From: Cupriavidus necator
GTDB taxonomy: Bacteria; Pseudomonadota; Gammaproteobacteria; Burkholderiales; Burkholderiaceae
Reading direction: 5' to 3'
Assembly (NCBI RefSeq): GCF_016127575.1
Contig: NZ_CP066020.1
Span: 210,001-242,000 of the forward strand
DNA length: 32,000 nt
Shown here piece after piece: positions 17,001 through 26,129 of this stretch. The notes beneath the pieces are model-generated. The model was not told the DNA's origin and made no database searches. It saw only the letters and a list, made by a program, of their open reading frames with translations. How positions within the stretch are numbered: the stretch's first letter is position 1; every line of letters begins with the position of its first letter. Both the position numbers and the translations under genes were made by a program.

Positions 17001-17198
17001 CTAGCGAATGCGGCGTACGGCGTCGAGCAGAGAATGCCCCCGGCTGGTCAGACGCGGATGGGCGCCGCTGTCATGACCATGCTCCATCGTGACCAGTTTC
17101 TGTTCCAACAATGCGTCCAACCGATCGGGATCGACGTCGTGAACGTCCGGTGCATCGCCAAGCAGCAGCAGTGCTGCGATTTCATGCGGACTTAGCAT
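17001..17198 (-). CDS. Small conserved hypothetical protein (65 aa)
   Basis: A strong AAGGAGA RBS lies 6 nt upstream of the ATG. MLSPHEIAALLLLGDAPDVHDVDPDRLDALLEQKLVTME resembles small hypothetical proteins I recall from Burkholderiaceae. Confidence 0.65.
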   Translation of the reverse strand: MLSPHEIAALLLLGDAPDVHDVDPDRLDALLEQKLVTMEHGHDSGAHPRLTSRGHSLLDAVRRIR

Positions 17199-18108
17199 GT
17201 CGGTCTCCTTGATCGAGTCAAAAGGGAACTGCGACGGCTGATCTGTGTACCGTGCTCCACGGGGGAGTTAGGAACCGCAATTGGATGATGTCGGTGCAAG
17301 GAACGCGCCGGGAGCGCTACACCGAACGTTTACGGTAAATCCTTCAGTCGTGGAAAGCAAGTGAGGAATATGCTGCGGGGCAGCGGAGAAGTCCAATCCC
17401 CGATTGGGATAGCGGCCCGGCAGGCGGCTGCGTCAGTGTGGCCCGAAGGTCGTCGTGAACCTTTCAAGACCCGCGCTTTTCCAAAACGGGCCAATTACGG
17501 ACCAACGCCTCTCGGCACGCTTCAAGCGATCACTGGCCTCCTTGCCTGAGTGCAGTTCGCGCGAAGTTCACTGCTCAACGTCGCACAACGGCATTACAAA
17601 AGCTTCAGTCCCGCCATCGTGGCGCGTGCCGGGACACTATGCGAAAACTGCCGAGCTCGGAAGTTTTCCCCACGTCAAGGCTGCGGCGTACCCGTTTCTG
17701 CGAACGTTCTAACCAAGGATTGTTAGACAAATGCAGCCTCGAGTACTCGGTCGAAATTTTTTGGACCGGCCGATTGCCGTGAGTGTCACGGTCAGGGCCA
17801 CAAGCCTGAGGCTGGTTCTTATCAGTTCAAACCGAGGGGACTTTGCACCCGAATCACGCGCATTGTTTTACGGCGCTCCCTTTAATGCAGTTCTCGCTGC
17901 CCTTACCGCATGGAGCCTCACTGTGGCGCGGCGGTGGTACTCAGTCGCTGTCATACTTTCTCGCTCAGCTTTTTTGGTCATGATTCGGAGCCGCCAAGCG
18001 AATCATTGGACTGCTCATTACCCAGAAGGTTAAAGTTTTTATGCCCTGAAGATCAAATTGGCTCTAAACTACCTATCTGGATCTCTCGATCGGAAAGGAA
18101 ACCAGAAG

Positions 18109-18420
18109 ATGGCAACTTACAAAGAACTGATGGCGCAGAAGGCAGCTCTGGAGGCGCACTTGGAAGAGGCACGTGCGAATGAAGTCGCCTCTGTCATCGA
18201 GCAGATTCAGAACCTGATGGCGGAATACGGGCTGACTGTCGAAGACGTTACCAAACGCCGTCGTGGTCGTCCTGCCGGCAGCGGCGCTGGTAAGGCGAAA
18301 GCGGGATTGCCCCCGAAATACCAGGATCCGAAGACGGGCAAGACCTGGTCTGGCCGCGGTCGTGCGCCGTCCTGGCTTGGCAAGAACCCTAACAAGTTCC
18401 TGATTGCAGAAGAGGCGTAA
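18109..18420 (+). CDS. H-NS-family nucleoid-associated protein (Bv3F-like)
   Basis: MATYKELMAQKAALEAHLEEARANEVASVIEQIQNLMAEYGLTVEDV is a coiled-coil oligomerisation region. It is followed by RRRGRPAGS and the C-terminal DNA-binding motif KYQDPKTGKTWSGRGRAPSWL. An AAGGAA RBS precedes the ATG. Confidence 0.85.
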   Translation: MATYKELMAQKAALEAHLEEARANEVASVIEQIQNLMAEYGLTVEDVTKRRRGRPAGSGAGKAKAGLPPKYQDPKTGKTWSGRGRAPSWLGKNPNKFLIAEEA

Positions 18421-18453
18421 ATAGGCGCAGCACGTCCCGCCAGAATAGTGTCC

Positions 18454-18481
18454 AACCCCTGCATGCAGGGGTTTTCTTTTT
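18454..18481 (+). terminator. Rho-independent terminator of the H-NS-like gene
   Basis: The stem is AACCCCTGC-AT-GCAGGGGTT, followed by TTTTCTTTTT. Confidence 0.8.
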
Positions 18482-18494
18482 GAGAGCAATCGCC

Positions 18495-18812
18495 ATGTCA
18501 TTTGAAGTGATTCATGCCGATATCATGCTCGCCCGGCCAAACTTGGTTCCTCGTGAACGTACCGAGCGGGGGATACGGAACGGCTATTCCTACTGGCTCC
18601 GGCTTCCGCCCAGCAAGGTACTCAGAGTGATCCGCCTTTCGCACCAGTCTGGCGACAGCTATGAGTTGGTGCGTGCGGCCAGCGAGCGCAGAACGCGTCA
18701 GAAAATACGTCAACGGTTTTCCGGGTCCATAGCCGAGCTGATAGCCATTATTGACGAAGAGATCGACATCCTTTGCAAGGATGAGCGCTTGGTATCGAAG
18801 CCTGGTTCATAG
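18495..18812 (+). CDS. Hypothetical protein (105 aa)
   Basis: MSFEVIHADIMLARPNLVPRERTERGIRNGYSYWLRLPPSKVLRVIRLSHQSGDSYELV... has balanced composition in an A/T-richer segment. I recognise no family. Confidence 0.4.
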   Translation: MSFEVIHADIMLARPNLVPRERTERGIRNGYSYWLRLPPSKVLRVIRLSHQSGDSYELVRAASERRTRQKIRQRFSGSIAELIAIIDEEIDILCKDERLVSKPGS

Positions 18813-19617
18813 GTTTGCTGGCCAAGACCAGGCCGCCCACGAGAAGCAGGGCGGTACGTTCCGATCCACGCGGCCGCCGTGCCGCTTCAGTTTCGTAGAA
18901 TTGGCGCCATGTCGACCAGCGAGGACGCTCTCGGGTCGAAGTGAAGGGCCTGAGGGTGTAACAGATTGGGCCGCAAGACGGAATTTTGGCCCCCAAAGAC
19001 CTTGTGACTACAGCAGAAGAGCCTACGAGGCTGGGCTTCGACCGATCGATTGCTGGGATCGTAGATGCAGGTCGCCCATTGCGGCCCAATTCATTGCACC
19101 TTGGCCGTCGCCCCCGCCAAGGGGAAAGCAAATGCAGCGCGAGAGCCTCATAATCCATTGGTCGGTGCTCGACTCACGGGGCGCCCAATTCCACACCACT
19201 ATCGTTGCGCCAACGACACTCGCCAGCGACCGAGCGTACCTGTTTCAGCGTACGGCAGTTTGGTTTTGTTACGGCGAAGCATGACGAGGCGCTGCCACAA
19301 GAACCAACTGTGTCTTGGCACACCAACCAAGCCGCCGAGTCAAAATTGGGAAGGGCTTGCCCGTCACGATCACATAGCCCCTACTACGCGGCTCGCACCG
19401 GCAGGCGCCGCCGGCGCTGCTCTGTACGTTACTGGTGTCGGGAGCAACTTCAGCGTGATCATGTGACAACACGTGGTGGCTGCGCGGGAGCTTGAACTTG
19501 CCGATTACTGCCGTTCCCAGGACATGGATGTCGACGCGGCGCGCGCTCTCGTCCGAGAGGTAGAGAGCATTTTTTTGTACCCTGTGAGTGCGTGCAAACG
19601 CGAAAAAACCCGAAACG

Positions 19618-20556
19618 TTACCGCGTACGGATGTAGGCCTCGAAGAGACCCGCGTGCAGGCCGCGTAAGTCCTTTCGCCGTTCCAGCAAATCATGCTGGC
19701 GGCCCTGGCGCTCAAGGTTCAACAACTCCAGCATGATCCGCAATCCCTTTTCGGGTAATGTGCCCGTCGAGGGCTCGGACGCGCGTAAGAGGGCAGCAAG
19801 TCCGGGTTTTTCGGTCAAGGACCAGGCTGGGAGCCACGCGAGATCATCTAGCGTACCGTCACCATCGAATTTCGCATCGAACCGCCGGCGCAGCGCCAGC
19901 AATGACGAATCACCGAGCGTTTGTATGAGCGCGCCGAGCTTCTTCGGGGATAGCCAAGCAAGCTCGGCCAAGAGCGGCCATGCCGGGTCAAGCCCCTGTA
20001 GCCGGTAGACCGTCTCGGCCATCCAGGCGAGGGGAGTTGGAATTCGTCGCCATGACCCAATTCGCTTGATGCTGTCAGATGCTGCAGTCCACTCCGCAGC
20101 GCGCATCCATAGGGGTGCCGCATGCCATTCGGGCATCTCCCGGTGAAACGGCAATTGAGAGGCGGCTCGGGCAACAGCACGCCACAGCGGTAGGCACCAA
20201 GCCATGCCCGCTGCGTCGCCGAATGCTCGGCGCGCTGCCGGCATGCACGGCAAACACCACCCTTCGCAGGTGTCGCGCAGTGCCGTCTGAGTCGCGAAGT
20301 GTTCGTGGACGGGAGCCTCCAGCACACAGACAAGTGTCTCCAGGGTCGGCACAAGCGTGTCGTCCGGATATTCCGCGACCAGGCGCTGCAGTGCTTCACG
20401 CCCGGCGGCGGCATTGCGTTGCTCAAGCGCTGTGAGCACGTCGTTGCGAAGCATGACATCGCGGCCATCTTCAAAAAGATCGAGCTGATTCGTCACGGCG
20501 TTCCCGTTGGTAGTCAGATTGCGCCCCTGCAGGACCGGCCCGACATCGCCGGGCAC
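19618..20556 (-). CDS. Conserved hypothetical protein (312 aa); start uncertain (GTG at 20556)
   Basis: This is a long ORF with protein-like composition: LDLFEDGRDVMLRNDVLTALEQRNAAAGREALQRLVAEYPDD...WLSPKKLGALIQTLGDSSLLALRRRF. It recalls conserved hypotheticals of beta-proteobacteria. No domain assigned. Confidence 0.6.
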   Translation of the reverse strand: MPGDVGPVLQGRNLTTNGNAVTNQLDLFEDGRDVMLRNDVLTALEQRNAAAGREALQRLVAEYPDDTLVPTLETLVCVLEAPVHEHFATQTALRDTCEGWCLPCMPAARRAFGDAAGMAWCLPLWRAVARAASQLPFHREMPEWHAAPLWMRAAEWTAASDSIKRIGSWRRIPTPLAWMAETVYRLQGLDPAWPLLAELAWLSPKKLGALIQTLGDSSLLALRRRFDAKFDGDGTLDDLAWLPAWSLTEKPGLAALLRASEPSTGTLPEKGLRIMLELLNLERQGRQHDLLERRKDLRGLHAGLFEAYIRTR

Positions 20557-20698
20557 AACAAGTCTTCAGGGATGGTAGCTGCTGCCGCGACTACGGGCAA
20601 TCCGCAACCGGCCAACCAGATCTCGACGAGACAAGCGCTACCCGAGGGCGGCCAGGCAAATCAAGGCGCGACGCGTGGCGCTGATTCTGCCTTGGACT

Positions 20699-21076
20699 TC
20701 AGGACTCCGCCCATACAGCATCGACATCTCTCGATAGATGTCCAGCGAGGATGTAGTCTCCGAGCTTCTCCGCTTTTCCCTCCAGGCGCTCCAAGTCAGC
20801 CGCTGGTAGCATGCTGAGCTCAAATTGGCAGTAAAGATTGCGCTGACGGAACGTCAACTTTGGACGACTCAGTCCCGCAACGAGTGCGGCGGGCGAGCTG
20901 ACGGCAATGCTCTCATGGCCGCGATACTGGACACGTATGCCAAGCTTTTCGCCCAGCCTGCCCAGCTCAATCGCATCCTGCCATCCTGATTCGTAGTCCA
21001 ATTCCACGACCGTGACGCCCACTGTTTCCAGGAGCTTTAGTGCTTCGCCTTTGGTCGCAGCCAGATCTGTCGCCAT
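20699..21076 (-). CDS. Hypothetical protein (125 aa)
   Basis: A strong GGGGAGG RBS lies upstream of the ATG at 21076. MATDLAATKGEALKLLETVGVTVVELDYESGWQDAIELGRLGEKLG. I recognise no family. Confidence 0.6.
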   Translation of the reverse strand: MATDLAATKGEALKLLETVGVTVVELDYESGWQDAIELGRLGEKLGIRVQYRGHESIAVSSPAALVAGLSRPKLTFRQRNLYCQFELSMLPAADLERLEGKAEKLGDYILAGHLSRDVDAVWAES

Positions 21077-21498
21077 TGCCGCCTCCCCTGCTCGTAGGAC
21101 CTGTGGCGATTCGCGCGCTTCGACGGCCCAGATTCATATTGCATAGCAACATTGTAAGCGGGGAACGGTCTATTTCGTCAGGTCTTGTCGTCTCGCGTAC
21201 CACTTTGACTTAAGCACCTGTACCGGTCGAGGCAGTAACCTTGCGGGCGCAAGTCGCGATTACGCCTTCGACAGATTTGTGATCAGGTAGATTGGTGATC
21301 ATTCAGAGATAATCGGGTGACAGCGGACTGCCACTTTGCAAACGGAGCGCGCTCGATAGGTCATGCACAGTTGCACGAGGTCATGCAGGGCGCTTTTACC
21401 CAGACCGTGGCCGAGACGCATGGCGGGCCTACACCTGCCGGCCGTTCAGATTCACCGCCGTCGATTCCATCAAACCACGTCACCTATCCCAAAGACCG

Positions 21499-22209
21499 AT
21501 GTCTGAAGGCCACGTATTCATTTGCGGCGACCCCCATGGCGAGTTCGGCCCGCTGATTGAAAGCGTCCACCGTCACCGCCCCGAAGCAGTGGTGCTCGCA
21601 GGCGACATCCAGGCCAGGCGCCCACTGGATGAAGAGCTCGCCAGCATCCTTCCTCTGACGCAGGTGTGGTGGATTCCTGGCAATCACGACACCGACAGCG
21701 ATGCCGACTACGACAATCTTTTCGGCTCGGCCCTGGCCGACCGGAACCTGGATGGGAGGGTGGTCACGATCGCAGGCCTTCGGATTGCCGGGCTAGGGGG
21801 GATTTTTCGCGGCCAAGTCTGGATGCCGCCCGAACCAGCGCGCATGGAGAGCGAGTCTGACTATCTGGCCAAATGTGGGAAGGGGAATTACTGGCGGGGT
21901 GGTCTGCCGCGGCGCCATCGCAGCACGATCTTCCCGCAGACCTACAACGCGTTATTGAGTCAGCATGCGGATGTCCTGGTCAGCCATGAGGCTCCGGCTT
22001 GTCACCCACACGGGTTCGAGGCGATTGACATGCTCATCGAAGCAATGCGAGTGAAACGAGCTTTCCACGGCCATCACCACGAATCCACGGCTTATCCGAC
22101 CGCAGGACCGTGCCGCATCTTCGGTCTCGGTGCGTGCGCGGTGGCCACGATCGAGGGCGAGTTCTTGCCCAGCGTCCTGACTTGTCCGGATCAAGTCGAA
22201 GGAGGCTAG
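21499..22209 (+). CDS. Calcineurin-like metallophosphoesterase
   Basis: The motifs are GDPHG (ICGDPHGEF), GD (VLAGDIQ), GNHD (WIPGNHDTD), then SHEAP and HGHHH. Confidence 0.85.
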   Translation: MSEGHVFICGDPHGEFGPLIESVHRHRPEAVVLAGDIQARRPLDEELASILPLTQVWWIPGNHDTDSDADYDNLFGSALADRNLDGRVVTIAGLRIAGLGGIFRGQVWMPPEPARMESESDYLAKCGKGNYWRGGLPRRHRSTIFPQTYNALLSQHADVLVSHEAPACHPHGFEAIDMLIEAMRVKRAFHGHHHESTAYPTAGPCRIFGLGACAVATIEGEFLPSVLTCPDQVEGG

Positions 22210-22555
22210 ACCAACGGTTGAGGTTCACGGGCAACGCTGTGGGGCGCCAGCGGGCCGGGCAAACGACTGGCGCGTTTGCGAATTGTGCACGATGGTCAGA
22301 CCGCCCGCAGGTCAACATGACACCGGCAGATCCGGTGATCGATCGCGCAGCGGCGGCGGCCGTCGGCAAGTTGGACGCGCCGGTTGCCAGATGGTGAGTG
22401 CGACCAAAAAAACAGCCCTCGATCCGATGGAGGAGAGCCGCAGAAACGTCCAAGAAGAAATCGGGAAACACCTTGCGGCGCCACCCACATTCAGTACCCA
22501 CCAGGTTGCCGTGGACGGCAATCCAGCCTGGCGCCGCGCAGTTCACCGGTTCGCG

Positions 22556-22593
22556 AAAAAAGAACCCGCGCTCATCAGGGGACGGGCGCGGGT
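22556..22593 (-). terminator. Probable rho-independent terminator (minus strand) downstream of the XRE/AbiEii operon
   Basis: The minus strand reads ACCCGCGC-(14-nt loop)-GCGCGGGT, followed by TCTTTTTTCG. Confidence 0.5.
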
Positions 22594-22863
22594 GGTAGCA
22601 GGACCTACCGGAGCAGGATACGGCGATATAAACATCGCGCAACACAGGATTAGGAGGCTTTTTTCCCGGCAGTTCTTTTGCCAGCGAAAAAATTGTCATG
22701 TAGCGGGCAGACAATGGAACGATGGGTGGAGCCTCCGACCTTGCAGGGCCGCCTCGATGCTGTTGGAGCGCTCGGCGTGACGCATTGAGTCGGATGCACT
22801 GCTCGCCGGAGAACTCACACGCGCGCGGACGTAAAAAGCGAGGGAGGGTGCCGGCGTTGAATC

Positions 22864-23559
22864 CTATGGACGCTGCCTTTCCCGCGACTTCTGCGCAGTG
22901 TCGTCGGTTTCCTGCAGGGAATGAAGAAAATCTCCCACCAGTGCGACACACTCGTCAAAGCATCTGTTGAAATTAATCCGCTGGATCCTGTCGAACTGCT
23001 CACGCATGATCGGCGGGCCGGCCTCGACCTGGCCCCGGAAGGCGGAGGCGTGTCGAAGCAGAAACGGCGCAGCGTGTGTGTGTGCCGTCGGTTCATGCTC
23101 GACCACGACGGCCAGGTCAAAGAGATCCCGCGCAGTGGCACGGTCGCCACGATGGTAAAGCTTTTTGGCAACGATCTCGGCCGCGGTCTCCACCTTGACG
23201 GATTGCCCCATGATCTCCCAGATTTCGAATGGCTTGTCGGTCAGGTTGGGCGAGGCCACGACGTCGATTTCCCCAGCGTCGAGCACCAGCTTCACGAAAT
23301 CCCCTTGCTCAACGTAGTCGCTCGTGATGCTTTCCGCGGCCTCGCTCAAACGCGGCGACACGAATCCCAGGCATTGCGGATCCGGGACAAAGAGGTCGAT
23401 ATCGCGGGAAAAACGATGGCGGTACCGAAGCATCAGGACCGTCCCGCCGCCGAAGGTCCAGAACGGCTCAATGCCCCCGTGCTTTCTGACCTCCTCCATC
23501 AGCGTAAAGGCATGAGGGAACAGGCTTTCCCAGATGTCGCCCTTTAGTTCAACTTTCAT
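22864..23559 (-). CDS. AbiEii/AbiGii-family nucleotidyltransferase toxin (DUF1814-type)
   Basis: The internal ATG at 23559 gives MKVELKGDIWESLFPHAFTLMEEVRKHGGIEPFWTFGGGTVLMLRYRHRFSRDIDLF (GG...SxDIDLF NTase motif), then ETAAEIVAKKLYHRGDRATARDLFDLAVV. Its start overlaps the stop of the upstream gene (ATGA). Confidence 0.85.
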   Translation of the reverse strand: MKVELKGDIWESLFPHAFTLMEEVRKHGGIEPFWTFGGGTVLMLRYRHRFSRDIDLFVPDPQCLGFVSPRLSEAAESITSDYVEQGDFVKLVLDAGEIDVVASPNLTDKPFEIWEIMGQSVKVETAAEIVAKKLYHRGDRATARDLFDLAVVVEHEPTAHTHAAPFLLRHASAFRGQVEAGPPIMREQFDRIQRINFNRCFDECVALVGDFLHSLQETDDTAQKSRERQRP

Positions 23560-24059
23560 GCCCACAGGCCTCCGCGCGTGACCATCAAGGTCTGCGCAAG
23601 CCGCCTGAGGTTCTTCCAGATGTCGGCTGGATTCCGATGTTGCTTCGCCGCTACCTCCGCGACCACCTTGGTGACGAGTTGCAGAGGCGCCTCGTCCAAG
23701 ACATGGGCCACCTGTGGACGATACTCCGACGGCACCTCGCCGGTGGCGAGGGCGCGCTCGAGCTCGTCTGGCGTGAGCTCGCCGGTGTAGCTCACGTTGG
23801 CGCCCTTCGCGGCCATCCACAGCGCCCGCATTGGCGACCCGCTAGCCAGGCGGCGCTCATCGGGATCGTTTATATCAAGTGCTAAGCCGAGCACATCCAT
23901 CAGTCGCCCGAGCGACTGGAGCGTAGCGTTGACGCTGCCGTGTTCAATGCCGTTCAGCGACTGGCGCGACAGCCCTGCCATGTCGGCCAGCTGCTGTTGG
24001 GTCAGCCCCAAGGCAACCCGCTTGCGCTGGATCGCGTTGCCCAAGAGAGCGGGATTCAT
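23556..24059 (-). CDS. XRE-family HTH protein, putative cognate antitoxin
   Basis: The ATG at 24059 has a GGAGA RBS. MNPALLGNAIQRKRVALGLTQQQLADMAGLSRQSLNGIEHGSVNATLQSLGRLMDVLGL is a classic HTH_3/XRE domain. It is followed by a C-terminal extension of roughly 100 aa and is coupled to the NTase gene. Confidence 0.8.
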   Translation of the reverse strand: MNPALLGNAIQRKRVALGLTQQQLADMAGLSRQSLNGIEHGSVNATLQSLGRLMDVLGLALDINDPDERRLASGSPMRALWMAAKGANVSYTGELTPDELERALATGEVPSEYRPQVAHVLDEAPLQLVTKVVAEVAAKQHRNPADIWKNLRRLAQTLMVTRGGLWA

Positions 24060-24325
24060 GGCGATAATCTCCAAACATGTGTCAAGTATAGACGACAAGA
24101 TGGATGGTTGGCTTTCCGCCTATGCGGGGGACGAGTTCTTGGGATCCCGAAGGCAAGACTCGGCGTGCGATACGTCAGATCGCGCCGCGTGAGCCCAGCA
24201 CGATCCGGGCGGTCCGCCGGTCGCACGCGGGCGGGGCTGGACGACGCTGGCGACCAAGCTTGGCGATGGCCTCGTGCTTATCCCCTGAGTTCGGCAGTCA
24301 CATATTTGCGCGGCGCAACATCCAT

Positions 24326-24622
24326 TCAACCGCGCGCACGGCGTTTCCGGTCGATCAGCGCCTGAGCGTCGTCCATGATCTGGTCATGTGGGGGCGGCGG
24401 GGCCGGGTCGGTCAGCGCTTGCTGGACCTTTGCGCGGAACCAAGCATCATAGGTCTCGGGACTCGTCGTCAGACCGGGCGGCAGCCCGCCTTCCTTGGCG
24501 ATCCGTGTCAACAGAATGCGCACTGCGTCGGAAACGGTTAGGCCGACCCTGGCGAGGTTTTGCGTGGCGCGGGCTTTCAGGTCGTCGTCCACCCGGATGT
24601 GCAGCATTGAAGTATGCGCCAT
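24326..24622 (-). CDS. RelB/DinJ-family type II antitoxin with no intact partner toxin
   Basis: MAHTSMLHIRVDDDLKARATQNLARVGLTVSDAVRILLTRIAKEGGLP is the canonical DinJ/RelB RHH N-terminus. An AGGAGA RBS precedes it. Confidence 0.8.
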   Translation of the reverse strand: MAHTSMLHIRVDDDLKARATQNLARVGLTVSDAVRILLTRIAKEGGLPPGLTTSPETYDAWFRAKVQQALTDPAPPPPHDQIMDDAQALIDRKRRARG

Positions 24623-24917
24623 GAAAATCTCCTATGCATTGACCGACATTATGTATCTCAATTGCGATATAACCAAGGTAAGCGCATTACCTTGTCCGCA
24701 AGCGCCACGCTACGTTCAGTGAGTCGTTGCGGTCATCTGTACGGAACGCATGCGGCAACCGCCTCGAAGAAGTCAGCCGTCAGTTGTCACGTAACAATCG
24801 ACAGCACGAGACTTCCGAGCGCTCAAAGCGCCTTATGCAATACTTTACCCATCATCGCTGACATAACATCCTATTCTTCAGAAGTGCGTTGGGGCTCCCA
24901 AAGCTCAAGGGGCAGAC

Positions 24918-26059
<1,142 letters not shown>

Positions 26060-26129
26060 GTGGTGCGGTCGCTTTGCCTGCCCGGGCGTCGTGCAGTGCC
26101 GTCGCGATTTGCCCGAGCACACGGCATCG

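Noticed and set aside
22034-22951. A 305-aa minus-strand ORF and overlapping plus-strand ORFs (22283-22780) between the phosphoesterase and the AbiEii gene
   Set aside because: Their composition is Arg/Pro/Cys/Ser-rich, they overlap each other, and they lack an RBS or recognisable motifs. The interval also contains a terminator-like hairpin. I treated it as non-coding or decayed.
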